Of a stretch of 64,000 bases of DNA, positions 61,705-64,000 are shown in pieces (position 1 is the stretch's first letter; every line of letters begins with the position of its first letter). The stretch is taken from NCBI GenBank assembly GCA_910588135.1, contig CAJUOT010000005.1, positions 4,422-68,421 of the forward strand, read 5' to 3'. This DNA comes from an uncultured Oscillospiraceae bacterium (GTDB taxonomy: Bacteria; Bacillota; Clostridia; Oscillospirales; Oscillospiraceae). The notes beneath the pieces were generated by a model. The model had not been told where the DNA came from. It saw only the letters and a program-made list of their open reading frames with translations, and made no database searches. Position numbers and translations under genes: made by a program.

Positions 61705-62151
61705 ATGAGGCAGCACGAATTTCACAGCAGCCTGTCTCCAGAGCAGGTGTTCGCCCGGCTGAACGCCCGGGCCACAGAGAACCGTTATCTTGATCCGTGG
61801 GTTGGGGGAAAGATGTTTTTATACTACCGAAAAGAGGAGCGGTTCTGGCTGTCCTATACAGGGAATATCCCTGTTGCCCGGGGGGAATCCCCGTTCCGGG
61901 GAAATGTGACGGCGGAAGGCAGTGGAAGCCTGATCACAGGCACCTTTGCGCCGAATCCCAGAGGAACACTTGTGCTCTCCGCACTTTGCTTCATTTCCAT
62001 GCTGCTGTTCCGTTCTCCGCTGTGGTTCGCCGTATTCGGCGCTGTCCTTGGTTTTGCGTGGCTCCATTTGATGGCAAAGCTGATACAGCTTCCATTTTTG
62101 GGACGCCATAAAGCTATCCTGAAGTTTATAGAAGATAACCTGCTGAACTAA
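61705..62151 (+). CDS. Hypothetical membrane protein, paralogue 3
   Basis: MRQHEFHSSLSPEQVFARL..., GSGSLITGTF, two TM helices, C-terminal AILKFIEDNLLN. ATG follows AAAGGAGG. Confidence 0.6.
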   Translation: MRQHEFHSSLSPEQVFARLNARATENRYLDPWVGGKMFLYYRKEERFWLSYTGNIPVARGESPFRGNVTAEGSGSLITGTFAPNPRGTLVLSALCFISMLLFRSPLWFAVFGAVLGFAWLHLMAKLIQLPFLGRHKAILKFIEDNLLN

Positions 62152-62171
62152 AGAGACAAGGAGGCACCACC

Positions 62172-64000
62172 ATGGCCTTTACCCACCTGCATCTCCACAC
62201 CGAATACTCCCTTCTGGACGGGGCCTGCCGGATCGAAAAGCTGGTGGACCGGGTGAAGGAGCTGGGCCAGTCCGCCGTGGCCATCACCGACCATGGGGTG
62301 ATGTACGGCGTCATCGACTTCTACCGGGCCTGCAAGGCCGCGGGGGTGAAGCCCGTCATCGGCTGCGAGGTCTACGTGGCCCCCCGCACCCGGTTCGACC
62401 GGGTGCACGAGCTGGACGGCTCGGCGCGGCACCTCGTCCTGCTGTGCCGGAACGAGGAGGGCTACCGCAATCTGAGCTACATAGTGTCCATGGCCTTCAC
62501 TGAGGGCTTCTACATCAAGCCCCGGATCGACATGGACCTGCTCCGGGAGCATTGCGGGGGGCTCATCGCCCTGTCCGCCTGCCTTGCCGGGGAGATTCCC
62601 CGCCGCCTGCGCAACGGGGACTATGAGGGGGCGAAGGCCCACGCCCTGGAGATGCGGCAGCTCTTTGGGGAGGACGGCTACTATCTGGAGATTCAGGACC
62701 ACAGGATTCCGGAGCAGCAGGTGGTCAACGCGGGCATCCTGCGCCTGAGCCGGGACACCGGCATCCCCCTGGTGGCAACCAACGACTGCCACTACCTCAC
62801 CCGGGAGGACGCCGCTGTGCAGGACGTGCTCATGTGCGTCCAGACGGGCAAGCTGGTGGAGGACGCCGAACGGATGCGCTTTGAGACGGACGAGTTTTAT
62901 GTGAAGGGCGAGGAGGAGATGCGCGCCCTGTTCCCCAACTGCCCTGAGGCCATCGACAACACCCAGAAAATCGTGGACGCCTGCAATGTGGACTTTGAGT
63001 TCGGCACCTACCACCTGCCCGAGTTCAAGCTCCCCCAGGGGGAGACCGACGGCGACGCCTACTTTGAGAAGCTGTGCTGGCAGGGCTTTGCCCAGCGCTA
63101 CCCGGACGGCGGCGGGGAGCTGGAGGACCGTCTGCGCATGGAGATGGGGGTCATCCGGCAGATGGGGTTTGTGGACTACTTCCTCATTGTGTCCGACTTC
63201 ATCGGCTATGCCAAGGCAAATGGCATCCCGGTGGGGCCGGGGCGGGGCTCCGGGGCGGGGTCCATGGTGGCCTACTGCCTGCGGATTACCGACGTGGACC
63301 CCATCAAATACGGCCTTATTTTCGAGCGGTTTTTGAATCCCGAGCGGGTGACCATGCCCGATATCGACATCGACTTCTGCATCCGGCGGCGGCAGGAGGT
63401 GATTGACTACGTGTCCCGGAAGTACGGCGAGGACCACGTGGTGCAGATCGTCACCTTCGGCACCATGAAGGCCAAGGCCGCCATCCGGGACGTGGGGCGG
63501 GTGCTGAACGTCCCCTATGCCGAGGTGGACAACATCGCCAAGCAGGTGCCCTTCGAGCTGAAAATGACCATTGACAAGGCGCTGGTGCTGTCCAAGGGCC
63601 TGTCCGACCTCTACAACGGGGACGAGCGGGTGCACGAGCTGGTGGACATGGCCCGGAAGATCGAGGGGATGCCGCGCAACGCCTCCACTCACGCCGCCGG
63701 GGTGGTGATCACCAAGCTTCCGGTGTACGAGTACGTCCCCCTGGCCACCAACGACGGCCAGCCGGTCACCCAGTACACCATGACCACCATCGAGGAGCTG
63801 GGACTCTTAAAAATGGACTTTCTGGGTCTGCGCAACCTGACGGTGCTGGACGACGCGGCCAAGATGGTTCAAAAAGAGGTTCCCGGCTTCCGGCTGGAGG
63901 ACATCCCGGACGACGACGCGGCCGTCTACCAGATGCTGTCTGAGGGCCGCACCTCCGGGGTGTTCCAGATGGAGTCGGCGGGGATGACCAGCGTGTGCGT
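62172..64000 (+). CDS. dnaE: DNA polymerase III subunit alpha (3' partial; runs off the window)
   Basis: MAFTHLHLHTEYSLLDGACRIEKLV...AITDHGVMYG is a PHP domain, with GRGSGAGSMVAYCLRITDVDPI further on. ATG follows AAGGAGG. It is not in the ORF track because there is no stop inside the window. Confidence 0.9.
   Translation, partial: MAFTHLHLHTEYSLLDGACRIEKLVDRVKELGQSAVAITDHGVMYGVIDFYRACKAAGVKPVIGCEVYVAPRTRFDRVHELDGSARHLVLLCRNEEGYRNLSYIVSMAFTEGFYIKPRIDMDLLREHCGGLIALSACLAGEIPRRLRNGDYEGAKAHALEMRQLFGEDGYYLEIQDHRIPEQQVVNAGILRLSRDTGIPLVATNDCHYLTREDAAVQDVLMCVQTGKLVEDAERMRFETDEFYVKGEEEMRALFPNCPEAIDNTQKIVDACNVDFEFGTYHLPEFKLPQGETDGDAYFEKLCWQGFAQRYPDGGGELEDRLRMEMGVIRQMGFVDYFLIVSDFIGYAKANGIPVGPGRGSGAGSMVAYCLRITDVDPIKYGLIFERFLNPERVTMPDIDIDFCIRRRQEVIDYVSRKYGEDHVVQIVTFGTMKAKAAIRDVGRVLNVPYAEVDNIAKQVPFELKMTIDKALVLSKGLSDLYNGDERVHELVDMARKIEGMPRNASTHAAGVVITKLPVYEYVPLATNDGQPVTQYTMTTIEELGLLKMDFLGLRNLTVLDDAAKMVQKEVPGFRLEDIPDDDAAVYQMLSEGRTSGVFQMESAGMTSVC

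Noticed and set aside
62148-63692. 514-aa minus-strand ORF at the right end
   Set aside because: It is antisense to dnaE. The dnaE ORF is missing from the track only because it has no stop within the window.
1-64000. Searches by eye for tRNA/rRNA genes, CRISPR arrays, IS elements, integrases, and toxin-antitoxin or known defence-system genes
   Set aside because: I saw no tRNA-like T-arm or anticodon structures, regularly spaced repeats, transposase or integrase motifs, or recognisable defence-gene signatures. The only compositionally foreign segment is 7.6-9.2 kb, which lacks any mobility gene.

Overview
This is a 64 kb, very GC-rich, gene-dense chromosomal segment. By inference it comes from a spore-forming, high-GC member of the Clostridia (Oscillospiraceae-like). 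The evidence is gene content (spoVM, SleB-type lytic enzymes, the B. subtilis-like order priA-def-fmt-rsmB-rlmN-prpC-prkC-rsgA-spoVM, plus cdaA-cdaR and rapZ-yvcK-whiA) and Firmicute-type GGAGG ribosome-binding sites.

Layout:
- 1-7.6 kb: Fe-alcohol dehydrogenase (5' partial), RpiR regulator, ECF sigma/anti-sigma pair, asnS, ktrAB.
- 7.6-9.2 kb: a compositionally foreign, lower-GC islet. It holds a purine-skewed AT-rich non-coding tract and two orphan genes.
- 9.2-19.1 kb (minus strand): a sugar-utilisation locus with a YesM/YesN-type two-component system, an ABC importer, a GH94 phosphorylase and a phosphoglucomutase.
- 19.3-29 kb: mixed housekeeping and envelope genes, including two tandem SleB-like hydrolases and a DMT transporter ORF that reads in frame into a TSCPD gene.
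- 29-49 kb (plus strand): a conserved core of carD-ispDF, DUF3343/desulfurase, cdaA-cdaR, an uncharacterised DUF5685/J-domain/membrane trio, yicC-remA-gmk-rpoZ, and priA through rsgA.
- 49-56.6 kb: spoVM micro-ORF, a transglutaminase-like lipoprotein, a dlt-like four-gene acylation module, and a Cys-rich orphan with a mother-cell-type promoter.
- 56.8-64 kb: murB-rapZ-yvcK-whiA, three tandem paralogues of an unknown membrane protein family, and dnaE (3' partial).

I recognised no rRNA, tRNA, CRISPR array, transposase or integrase. Most long ORFs antisense to these genes are GC-driven shadow ORFs.

All family assignments come from motif recognition by eye; I ran no searches. Start codons were refined using RBS spacing, consensus promoters that would otherwise fall inside the ORF, and 4-nt ATGA overlaps. 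Those overlaps occur at sigma/anti-sigma, GH94/pgm, DUF3343/desulfurase, remA/gmk, def/fmt and rsmB/rlmN.
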